From positions 768,001 through 832,000 of the forward strand of contig CAWJKZ010000014.1 of the NCBI GenBank assembly GCA_963843575.1: a stretch of 64,000 nucleotides of DNA. Reading direction: 5' to 3'. The stretch comes from an uncultured Acidobacteriota bacterium (GTDB taxonomy: Bacteria > Acidobacteriota > UBA6911). Within the stretch, counting starts at the first letter, position 1, and each line of letters begins with the position of its first letter. This document shows positions 55,872-64,000 of this stretch, piece by piece. The notes beneath the pieces are model-generated. The model was not told the DNA's origin. It was given only the letters and a program-made list of their open reading frames with translations, and ran no database searches. The translations under genes were made by a program, and so were the position numbers.

Positions 55872-56639
55872 ATGACAACCGAGCTCGCGACCCTGGAAGA
55901 CGACGATGGCGTGGTCAGGCTCAAACTGCACAGGCCGCCCCTTAATTTCCTGAACCTTGAACTCCTGAGACAGATTGAGCGCCACCTGGACGCGCTGGGC
56001 GAACCGTCCGGCCGTCGTGCGCTGGTCCTCGAATCCGGAGGGGCGGCGTTCTGCGCCGGTCTCGAAGTACAGGAACAGACCCGCGACGGCATTTTTCTGC
56101 TGATCGAGCAGTTTCACAAGCTGGCGACGGCCCTCTGCTCCTACCCCGTGCCAACCATCGCGGTCGTGCGCGGGATGGCGCTCGGGGCCGGTAACGAACT
56201 GGCGGCGTGCTGCGATTTTGTGCTGGCGTCCGAATCGGCGTCTTTCGGGCAACCCGAGATCAAGATGGGTTCGCTCCCGTCGCTCGCGCCGCTGTTGCTG
56301 CCTCCCCTGGTCGGCCAGAGACGCGCCGCCGAAATGCTTTTGACCGGGCGGCTCGTTGGCGCCAGAGAAGCTCAGGCGATCGGGCTGATTCACAGGGCGG
56401 TGCCGGAGGAACAGCTGCCGGCGGCGCTCGGAGAACTTCTGCGCAGCCTGCGGGAGTTGTCGCTGCCGGTGCTGGAACTCGGGGTCCAAGCCGTGCGGCG
56501 GGTCAGGCTGGCCGATATGCAGGAGCACGTGCGTGCAGCCGAGGCCATGTATTTCAACCAGCTGATGGAGTTGGACGACCGGATGGAGGGGGTCCGCGCC
56601 TTCGTCGAGCGGCGTGCCCCAAATTGGGCGAACCACTGA
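55872..56639 (+). CDS. enoyl-CoA hydratase/isomerase family protein
   Basis: AFCAGL, GAGNEL, FGQPEIKMG, EGVRAFVERR. Confidence 0.92.
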   Translation: MTTELATLEDDDGVVRLKLHRPPLNFLNLELLRQIERHLDALGEPSGRRALVLESGGAAFCAGLEVQEQTRDGIFLLIEQFHKLATALCSYPVPTIAVVRGMALGAGNELAACCDFVLASESASFGQPEIKMGSLPSLAPLLLPPLVGQRRAAEMLLTGRLVGAREAQAIGLIHRAVPEEQLPAALGELLRSLRELSLPVLELGVQAVRRVRLADMQEHVRAAEAMYFNQLMELDDRMEGVRAFVERRAPNWANH

Positions 56640-56663
56640 GAGGCGGGTGCCGCGAACCCGTCG

Positions 56664-56972
56664 TCACGCCCCCGAGAGCCACTTCAGATAGTCGGGATCG
56701 CCGTCGGCGATAGCGACGCACACAATCTCCGGAACCTCATAGGTGTGGAGTTCCCGGACCCTGCGTCTCAGCGCCTCGAATTTCTCCGCAACCGATTTGA
56801 TGATCAGGAGCCACTCCCCCTCTTCGCAGACCTTTCCCTGCCATCGGTAAACGGAGCGCACGCCGGGGACGATCTGGACGCAGGCCGCCGCGCCGGACTC
56901 GACCAGACCGCGGGCGATCCGGTCGGCGACCTCGCGCGAATCCGTCGTGGTGAATACGATAATTCCTTCCAT
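56664..56972 (-). CDS. cutA: divalent-cation tolerance protein CutA
   Basis: AACVQ, SVYRWQG, HTYEVPE, YLKW. Confidence 0.93.
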   Translation of the reverse strand: MEGIIVFTTTDSREVADRIARGLVESGAAACVQIVPGVRSVYRWQGKVCEEGEWLLIIKSVAEKFEALRRRVRELHTYEVPEIVCVAIADGDPDYLKWLSGA

Positions 56973-57070
56973 TACGAAATTGCTCCCGGAAAATCCGTTG
57001 CATTCGCCTCGGACAGATCAGTATCATGCGTCCTGGCTGATCCGCTCAACGCCGACGCCCCTGGAATACG

Positions 57071-57382
57071 ATGACGCAGCGCAGAAGTAAAGTCTCACAC
57101 GCCCGGGAAATCTACTACATCGTCTTCATCCTTGCGGTGGTCATCTTCGGGCTGTTCACCATCTGGGGACCGGGAGGATACCTCGAGATGAGGAGAAACC
57201 AGGTGGAGCTCGAATCCCATCGGGTGCGCATCGAGGCTTTGCGGCAACGGATCGACGAGCGGGCGAAAGCGGTGCAGAATCTGAAGTCCGACAGGCGGAC
57301 CATCGAGGAGTTGGCCCGCAAGCAGCATTACGCGCGTCCGGGCGAGATCATCGTGCGGACCGCGCCTCAGCCCACCAAGTGA
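57071..57382 (+). CDS. septum formation initiator (FtsB/DivIC family)
   Basis: TM segment, coiled coil, [15 protein letters not shown]. Confidence 0.85.
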   Translation: MTQRRSKVSHAREIYYIVFILAVVIFGLFTIWGPGGYLEMRRNQVELESHRVRIEALRQRIDERAKAVQNLKSDRRTIEELARKQHYARPGEIIVRTAPQPTK

Positions 57383-57393
57383 GGGGCGCCCGC

Positions 57394-58672
57394 TCAGGGC
57401 CTCCCCGACACGACCCGGCCTTTGACAATGGTAAAGGCGGGCCCGCCTTTCAGCTTCCATCCCTCGAATGGCGTGTTGCGGCTGCGCGACGCGAATTCCT
57501 GCGCGCGCACCTCCACGCTGAGTTCGGGGTCCATGACCGTGACGTCGGCCCAGGCACCCGGGGCCAGCGTGCCGCGTTCGAGCTTCAGGATGCGCGCTGG
57601 GGCGCACGACAGGAGTTGGACCATCCGTTCGAGGGGCAGGATGCCGGTGCGCACGAACCGGTCCAGGATCAGGCTGACGGCGGTCTCCAGCCCGATCACG
57701 CCGAAAGGCGCCCGGTCGTACTCGAGCATCTTGTCGTTGGCGTTGTGCGGCGCGTGGTCGGTCGCGATCGCGTCGATCGTCCCGGAGACCATGCCCTGCA
57801 CGAGGGCATCGACGTCCTCGCTGGGTGCGCAGGGGCGGGTTCATCTTTGTATTGGTGTTGTAGGAGGCGACCTGGGCTTCTGTCAGGAGCAGATGGTGCG
57901 GTGTCACCTCGCAGGTGATCGCTATCTTCTCTTTCTTGGCGCGGCGGACCGCGTCGAGGGCCTCGCGGGTCGAGATGTGCGCGATGTGGACCCGCGCGCG
58001 GGTCTGCCGGGCCAGGATGATATCCCGGATGACCTGGATTTCCTCGGCCGCAGAGTTGATGCCGCGCAGGCCGAGCATGGTCGAGTAGTACCCCTCGTTC
58101 ATGCAACCGCCGGCGGCTAGGTCCCTGTCCTCGCAGTGATCGATGACGGGGAGATCGAAGAGGCGCGAATACTCCATGGCCCGGCGCATCGTCTGGCTGT
58201 TTTGCACGGGCTTTCCGTCGTCACTGATCCCCACGATGCCTGCCCGGTGCATCTCGCCTATCTCGGCGAGAGTTTCGCCCTGGCTCGCCTTGGTGATGGC
58301 CCCGATGGGGTACACGGCGACCTTGGCGACCTCGCGGGCGCGCTCAAGGATGAAGGAAGTGACGGCCTCGGAGTCGTTGACCGGCTGGGTGTTGGGCATG
58401 CAGGCGACGGCCGTGAACCCGCCCCGGGCCGCTGCGTTGGCGCCCGACTCGATCGTCTCGGCGTCTTCGCGGCCGGGCTCGCGCAGGTGCACGTGCATGT
58501 CGATGAAGCCGGGAGCGACGATGAGACCGCGCGCGTCGATTTCGCGACGCCCCTTTTTACGGATGCGGGGGGCCACTTCGACGATCCGCCCGTCCTCGAT
58601 GCCGAGATCGGCGACCTTGTTCAGTTTCCGGGAGGGGTCGACCACCCTCCCCTGCCGCAGGATCAGGTGCAT
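57394..58672 (-). CDS. pyrC: dihydroorotase (one frameshift)
   Basis: [28 protein letters not shown]. Confidence 0.95.
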
Positions 58673-58676
58673 AGGG

Positions 58677-59627
58677 CTACCGAGAATGTCGTTTGGGCTT
58701 CAGTCCGGCGTTGCCGGACAGGAGATACAGGACTGCCATCCTGGTCGCGATGCCGTTGGCCACCTGGTTCAGGATCACCGAGGAAGGGCCGTCGGCGACA
58801 TCCGAGTCAATTTCCACTCCGCGGTTCATGGGCCCGGGGTGCATCACCATGGTATCCTTTTTGGCCATGCGCAACCTCTCGCGGGTCAGGCCATAGAAGT
58901 TGTAGTACTCGCGGGTGGAGGGAAAGAAGGCCTCGGTCTGCCGCTCGTGCTGCACCCGAAGCATCATGACAACGTCCGCCCCCTCGAGCGCCTCTTCGAG
59001 TCGTCCGGTGATGCGCGCGCCGAGCTTGTCGAAATCCCACGGGATAAGCGTCGGCGGGCCGCAGACCCAGACGTCGGCACCCATTTTGTGGAACAGGATG
59101 GTGTCGGAGCGCGCCACGCGGCTGTGAGCGATATCCCCGATCAGGGCGATCTTCAGCCCGTCGAGGCGGCCCTTGGTTTCCCGGATCGTCAGCGCGTCGA
59201 GCAGCGCCTGGGTGGGGTGCTCATGCATACCGTCGCCCGCGTTGACGATGGAGGAACGGCACTCGCGTCCCAGCATGTGCGGAGCGCCGGCCGAGGCGTG
59301 CCGCACGACGATGATGTCCGGCGCCATCGATTCCAGGTTCCACGCCGTATCCAGCAGCGTCTCACCCTTGGACACGCTACTGGTGGAGGCTGCAAAATTG
59401 AGGATGTCGGCGCTGAGGCGCTTCTCCGCGAGTTCGAAGGACGAACGGGTGCGCGTGGAGGGCTCGAAAAACAGGTTGATCACGGTCTTGCCGCGCAGCG
59501 CCGGCACTTTTTTCACCGGCCGGTCGGCCACCTGGCGCAGGGCGTCGGCGGTGTCCAGAATGAGCTGGATCTCCTCGATCGAGAGTTGAGCGATGCCGAG
59601 CAGATCTTTTGAACTGAGTGAGGTCAT
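58677..59627 (-). CDS. pyrB: aspartate carbamoyltransferase catalytic subunit
   Basis: [25 protein letters not shown]. Confidence 0.97.
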   Translation of the reverse strand: MTSLSSKDLLGIAQLSIEEIQLILDTADALRQVADRPVKKVPALRGKTVINLFFEPSTRTRSSFELAEKRLSADILNFAASTSSVSKGETLLDTAWNLESMAPDIIVVRHASAGAPHMLGRECRSSIVNAGDGMHEHPTQALLDALTIRETKGRLDGLKIALIGDIAHSRVARSDTILFHKMGADVWVCGPPTLIPWDFDKLGARITGRLEEALEGADVVMMLRVQHERQTEAFFPSTREYYNFYGLTRERLRMAKKDTMVMHPGPMNRGVEIDSDVADGPSSVILNQVANGIATRMAVLYLLSGNAGLKPKRHSR

Positions 59628-59691
59628 GGGAGTTGCCAGCAGGCGGTCCAGGGATCCGAAGGGCAGACCTTCTCAATCCCCGAACGGATTC

Positions 59692-60240
59692 CTAGGGCTT
59701 CCTGACAAGGATGACGCGTTCCTCGCCGTCCTCTTCGTTCATCCGGACTTCGACGATCTCGTCGTCGCCGGTCTGGACGTATTTCCCGATATAGTCCGCC
59801 TGGATCGGGAGTTCACGGTGGCCGCGGTCGATCAGCACCGCCAGCTGCACTCGCCGGGGCCGGCCCAGGTCGACGAGGCCGTCCAGGGCAGCCCGCACCG
59901 TGCGTCCCGTATACAGGACGTCGTCGACCAGCACCAGGGAGACATTATTGACGTCGAAGTTTATGGACGTTTCCCGCAGCATCGGCCGGTTGCTGACGGT
60001 CGTCAGATCGTCCCGATAGAGCGTTATGTCGAGGATGCCGCTCAGGGGCGGCCGGCCGAGGATCCCTTCGATCCTGGTGCAGAGCCGCTGCGCCAGGTGG
60101 ACTCCGCGGCGGCGTATTCCGATGATCGCGAAATCCTCGGCCGGGCCGAGGTTTTCGACGATTTGGGCGGCGATCCTGGCCAGCGCGAGATCCATCTCGG
60201 CGGAAGTCATCAGGACCTTGCCCTCAGTCTTTTTTTTCAT
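59692..60240 (-). CDS. pyrR: PyrR regulator / uracil phosphoribosyltransferase
   Basis: LDITLYRDD, VDDVLYTGRT, DRGHRELPI. Confidence 0.96.
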   Translation of the reverse strand: MKKKTEGKVLMTSAEMDLALARIAAQIVENLGPAEDFAIIGIRRRGVHLAQRLCTRIEGILGRPPLSGILDITLYRDDLTTVSNRPMLRETSINFDVNNVSLVLVDDVLYTGRTVRAALDGLVDLGRPRRVQLAVLIDRGHRELPIQADYIGKYVQTGDDEIVEVRMNEEDGEERVILVRKP

Positions 60241-60347
60241 CGGATTATCTGCGCGTGCCGGGGTCGAGACTGCCCAAAACCGGGCGATCATAGCACACGC
60301 AAAATTGCGTTGCAAACGCCGAGTTACTTTCTATACTGGGTTTTGAA

Positions 60348-61187
60348 ATGCTCGATAAAAAGGTCAAAGTCAAGGAGATAAGGGACCTTGGCGCTTCCAA
60401 CTACCTTCTCGTCCTGAGTTCCCCGGAACAGGCGCGCCTGGCTCAGCCGGGCCAATTTGTCATGCTCAAGTGCTCCGGGGAGGTTGACGACAACCCCCTG
60501 TTGCGCAGACCCTTCAGCATATTCGACATCCACCCCCACCCGCGCACCGGGCGCCCCAGCGGGCTGGATCTGCTGGTCAAGAGCGTCGGCGCGGGGACCC
60601 GCAGGCTGGCCGCGCTGAGTCCGGGGGATATGATCCACGTCTTGGGTCCGCAGGGACGTCCGTTCCGCGTCTCCTCCGAGACACGCGACCGGGTCCGCAC
60701 CGCCGCCCTGGTCGCCGGCGGGGTCGGGATAGCCGCGTTGTACCTTCTGGCCCGGAGCCTGATGGCCCGGAAGATCGTGCCGGTCCTCTTTTATGGGGGC
60801 CGGGGCGAAGGCGACCTGGTACTGCGGGAGCACTTCGAGCGCCTGGGGATCGATTGCGTCTACACGACCGAGGACGGGTCGTGCGGCGAGCGAGGTTTCG
60901 TGACGGAGCCGCTGGAGCGCTTCATGAAGGGGCGCCCGCGGAGCGAGGTGCACTTGTATGCATGCGGCCCGTGGGGCATGATGCGTGCCGTGCACGAACT
61001 GGCCGTGCGGTATCACTCCCCGTGCGAGGTGAGTCTCGAAGCCCGGATGGGTTGTTCCCTGGGGGCCTGCATGGGTTGCGTGATCCGAGCGTGGGACGAG
61101 CAGGGAGAGGAGCAGTACCTGCGCGTCTGCACCGAGGGCCCGGTCATGAGCAGCCGCGCCGTCGACTGGGAAACGTATCCGTTCTGA
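60348..61187 (+). CDS. pyrK: dihydroorotate dehydrogenase electron transfer subunit
   Basis: LRRPFS, GGVG, CGPWGM, CSLGACMGC...VCTEGP. Confidence 0.93.
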   Translation: MLDKKVKVKEIRDLGASNYLLVLSSPEQARLAQPGQFVMLKCSGEVDDNPLLRRPFSIFDIHPHPRTGRPSGLDLLVKSVGAGTRRLAALSPGDMIHVLGPQGRPFRVSSETRDRVRTAALVAGGVGIAALYLLARSLMARKIVPVLFYGGRGEGDLVLREHFERLGIDCVYTTEDGSCGERGFVTEPLERFMKGRPRSEVHLYACGPWGMMRAVHELAVRYHSPCEVSLEARMGCSLGACMGCVIRAWDEQGEEQYLRVCTEGPVMSSRAVDWETYPF

Positions 61188-61257
61188 CCGAACCGTGACC
61201 GTCGTGGCGGGTCTGGCCTGGAAAGCCGCCCCGCGCACTTGGGGAGGACATTAGACC

Positions 61258-62208
61258 GTGGGCAGCAAGTCAGGGACAGGGACCGCGGCGGCGGCCCCCC
61301 GCATGTCGGTCGAAGTCGGCGGCGTTCGTCTCAAGAATCCCGTCATGACCGCCAGCGGAACGTTCGCCTACGGCGTGGAGTTCGCCCATCTCATGGACTT
61401 GAACTCCATCGGCGGCATCGTCGTGAAGGGGATCTCGATGCGGCCGATCAAGGGGAACCCGCCCCCACGCATCTACGAGACCGCGTCGGGCATGCTCAAC
61501 GCCATCGGGTGGCAGAATATCGGGGCCGTGGAGTTCGTGACCCGCAAGCTCCCGGCCCTGAAGGCGTATGACACCAAGGTTATCGTCAACATCGTCGGTT
61601 TCGAGTTGAACGAGTACCTCGAGGTCACCCGGTTCCTCAACGACTGCCCCGGGATCGCCGCGCTCGAGCTCAACATCTCGTGCCCCAACGTGGCAAAAGG
61701 GGGCTTTCACTTCAACAAAGACCCGCGCGACGCCCACGAGATCACCGCGAAGACGAAGGCCGCCTCGCCGCGCCTGCCCCTGTGGGTCAAGCTCTCCCCC
61801 AACGTAACCGACATACGGGACTTCGCCAAGGCTTGCGAGGAGGCTGGAGCCGACGCCCTGTCGGTCGTCAACACATTCGTCGGAATGGCCATCGACGTCG
61901 AGACGAGGCGACCTCGTTTGCGTTATGTGACGGGAGGGCTCTCCGGGCCTGCCATCAAGCCCGTCGCGCTGCGCATGGTGTGGGAGACCTGCAGGGCAGT
62001 GCGGATACCGGTCATCGGGATCGGAGGAATCACAACATCAGAAGACGCCCTCGAGTTCCTGATCGCCGGCGCCCGCGCGATCCAGGTCGGCACCGCGAAT
62101 TTCTATAACCCGGCCGCCTCCGAGCAGATCGCGCTCGGGTTGCGTGAGCACTGCAGGGCGCACGGGGTCGAAGACGTCAACGAGATCATCGGGAGCCTCA
62201 AAGTATGA
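61258..62208 (+). CDS. pyrD: dihydroorotate dehydrogenase family 1B catalytic subunit
   Basis: ASGTF, NISCPN, VKLSPNV, GGLSGPAIKP; alternative ATG at 61303. Confidence 0.95.
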   Translation: MGSKSGTGTAAAAPRMSVEVGGVRLKNPVMTASGTFAYGVEFAHLMDLNSIGGIVVKGISMRPIKGNPPPRIYETASGMLNAIGWQNIGAVEFVTRKLPALKAYDTKVIVNIVGFELNEYLEVTRFLNDCPGIAALELNISCPNVAKGGFHFNKDPRDAHEITAKTKAASPRLPLWVKLSPNVTDIRDFAKACEEAGADALSVVNTFVGMAIDVETRRPRLRYVTGGLSGPAIKPVALRMVWETCRAVRIPVIGIGGITTSEDALEFLIAGARAIQVGTANFYNPAASEQIALGLREHCRAHGVEDVNEIIGSLKV

Positions 62209-62924
62209 TCGATGCCAGGTCGCGGCTGATCGTCGCACTCGATCTCCCCGACAGGGAGAACGCCCTCGAAATGACGCGCCGCCTGCAGGGGTGCGCTGGG
62301 TGGGTAAAGGTGGGACTGCAGCTGTTTGTGGCCGAAGGGCCGCGGCTGATCGAAGAACTCCGGGCGATGGGGCCGTCCGTTTTCCTCGATCTCAAGCTGC
62401 ACGACATTCCCAACACCGTCGCCGGCGCGGTCCGCTCCGCCTGCCGCCTCGGGGTAGGGATGCTGACCCTGCACGCCTCGGGAGGGCCGAAGATGCTGCA
62501 AGCCGCCCGCGCGGCCGCTGCGGAGTCGGCCGCCCCTCCCCTCCTCCTCGCCGTCACGGTCCTCACAAGTCTCAATTCCGAGGACTGTGAGGCGGTCGGC
62601 GTCGACACGACGCCCGCGCAGTGGGTGCGACGGCTCGCCGAGATGGCCCACGGCGCCGGGCTCCGCGGCATGGTGGCTTCCCCGCTCGAAGCCCCGCTCC
62701 TCAGGCGGGCGTTCGGTTCTTCGGTCCAGCTGGTCATCCCCGGCATCCGCCCTGCCGCCTCCGCGGCGCAGGACCAGTCGCGCACCGCGGCGCCCGCTGA
62801 CGCCATCCGTGCGGGCGCCGACTACCTGGTGGTCGGACGCCCCATCCTTCAGGCACCCGACCCTGCGGCCGCAGCGGACGCCGTGGTCGCGGCAATGGCC
62901 CAGGGGTTCGCCGGCTCCCGCTAG
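62205..62924 (+). CDS. pyrF: orotidine-5'-phosphate decarboxylase
   Basis: DLKLHDIPNT, PGIRP, VVGRPI. Confidence 0.97.
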   Translation: MIDARSRLIVALDLPDRENALEMTRRLQGCAGWVKVGLQLFVAEGPRLIEELRAMGPSVFLDLKLHDIPNTVAGAVRSACRLGVGMLTLHASGGPKMLQAARAAAAESAAPPLLLAVTVLTSLNSEDCEAVGVDTTPAQWVRRLAEMAHGAGLRGMVASPLEAPLLRRAFGSSVQLVIPGIRPAASAAQDQSRTAAPADAIRAGADYLVVGRPILQAPDPAAAADAVVAAMAQGFAGSR

Positions 62925-62958
62925 AGGCCGCAACGGCCTGCCGCCGCGGCGGGCGCGC

Positions 62959-63522
62959 TCAATACCAGAAGTTGCGCGACCGAGACCTCTGCAGGATGCG
63001 CCGCGCGTACTCGCGCGTCTTCGGAAAATCGACGAGGGACAGGAAGTAACGCTCTTCGGAAACACCCGGCGGCGGTGGCTTCGCGAGGGCGCTTTGCAGC
63101 CACGAATCGGCCCGCATCTCCCCCGCGTTGTAGCGCAGCAGGGCAAAAAGGGTCGGAGCCGGCGACGATCGGTAGCGGTCGAGGGACTGGCGCAGATACC
63201 AGCACCCGATCTCGATGTTCAACTCGGGCTCGATCAGGCGCGCCTCGGGGAAGGGATCGAATCCTTTCCGGTCGGAGAAGTCCCTGGCAGCCGCCGCGGT
63301 GATCTGCATGAGTCCGATTTCGCCCGCGCTCCCCCGGCTGTCGGACTGGAACCAGCTTTCCTCGAAAACAAGCGCCTTCACCAGGTCGAATTCGATGCCG
63401 TAGCGGTCGGCCGAAAGCCCGATCATGTCGTCGTATCGGGTCGTGTGCCAGTGCAGCCAGAGCAGCGTTGCGAGCACCACCCCCAGGACGATACTTCCGA
63501 GCCAAAGGCGCCCGTGTGGCAT
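62959..63522 (-). CDS. lytic transglycosylase (SLT domain)
   Basis: ES catalytic motif, GLMQI, YNAG; N-terminal TM segment. Confidence 0.9.
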   Translation of the reverse strand: MPHGRLWLGSIVLGVVLATLLWLHWHTTRYDDMIGLSADRYGIEFDLVKALVFEESWFQSDSRGSAGEIGLMQITAAAARDFSDRKGFDPFPEARLIEPELNIEIGCWYLRQSLDRYRSSPAPTLFALLRYNAGEMRADSWLQSALAKPPPPGVSEERYFLSLVDFPKTREYARRILQRSRSRNFWY

Positions 63523-63613
63523 CAGGAAACCTCATGCACGAGGGTCACGCCGCGCCGTGGACAGGGGTGGGGTAGAAACAACTTCCGAAGCGCAAGGTTC
63601 ATCAGGAAGATTG

Positions 63614-63642
63614 ATGTTACGCCTTTAGCCGTTGTCAGTCAA
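63614..63642 (-). promoter_or_regulatory. sigma70 promoter upstream of the lytic transglycosylase
   Basis: Minus strand reads TTGACT-17 nt-TAACAT. Confidence 0.65.
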
Positions 63643-63866
63643 AGTTTTTGGCTTTCATGGAGATACGAGAATCGGCCGCGCCCTTTGCCCACCGTGGCGA
63701 ATGCCTCGCACCTTTCAGATCCCGTCTGGCCGGAACCGGATTCCGGCTCACGGGGGGTGATTTTGGGGGACCTTGCCCCCTGGGAGCTCCCGGTACACGC
63801 GGAGGGAAAAACTGGAGAGCGCTGCCCGGGCCCGGACCGATCGGCAGGCGGGCAACACCGCGCCCG

Positions 63867-64000
63867 TCACAGTTTATCGAGCAGTTCTTTCTTCTTAGCC
63901 TCGAATTCGGACTCCGAGATTATTTTGCTGTCCCGCAGCCCCGCCAGGTTCTGCAGAAGCGCCGGGATGTCCTCGCGGGGATACGGGGAGGGCGGCAGTC
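63867..64000 (-). CDS. 3' end of a SHOCT-domain protein (truncated by the window edge)
   Basis: Read manually: EDIPALLQNLAGLRDSKIISESEFEAKKKELLDKL-TGA, matching the SHOCT pattern. Confidence 0.75.
   Translation of the reverse strand, partial: LPPSPYPREDIPALLQNLAGLRDSKIISESEFEAKKKELLDKL

Noticed and set aside
63523-63866. Intergenic region as a riboswitch or ncRNA
   Set aside because: Only a sigma70 promoter is supportable; no convincing aptamer or terminator.

Overview
High-GC bacterial core-genome window, most consistent with Acidobacteriota (inferred from RpoA/S10 N-termini, the ArgRS type and accessory families). About 20 kb is one continuous minus-strand str-S10-spc-alpha ribosomal superoperon (rpsL to rplQ, with ribA appended and map absent). 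It is flanked by a sigma54 two-component pair, coaD, recG/rsmD, ssb, PBP1A, larC, argS, two ECF sigma loci, a large TPR protein, the ffh-rpsP-khpA-rimM-trmD-rplS cluster, selB-tatA and a divergent pyrRBC / pyrKDF cluster. Many genes, including essential ones (secY, fusA, rplP, adk, coaD), are split by single-base frameshifts, which points to uncorrected long-read indels rather than pseudogenes; several boundaries were therefore reconstructed by eye. No rRNA, tRNA, CRISPR array, transposase or prophage was recognised. The most notable unexplained signals are: (1) a 240-bp element between larC and argS with 30-bp terminal inverted repeats and nested stems whose mismatches are almost all G-U wobbles on one strand; (2) a tuf gene with a sharply gene-bounded G-ending codon bias and an in-frame TAG; (3) an ECF sigma coupled to a ~815-aa ZAS/FecR/STN-like multidomain anti-sigma with no TonB-dependent receptor in the window; (4) structured RNA candidates around rpsL; (5) repeated leaderless-type promoter geometry. 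None is proven novel without database searches.
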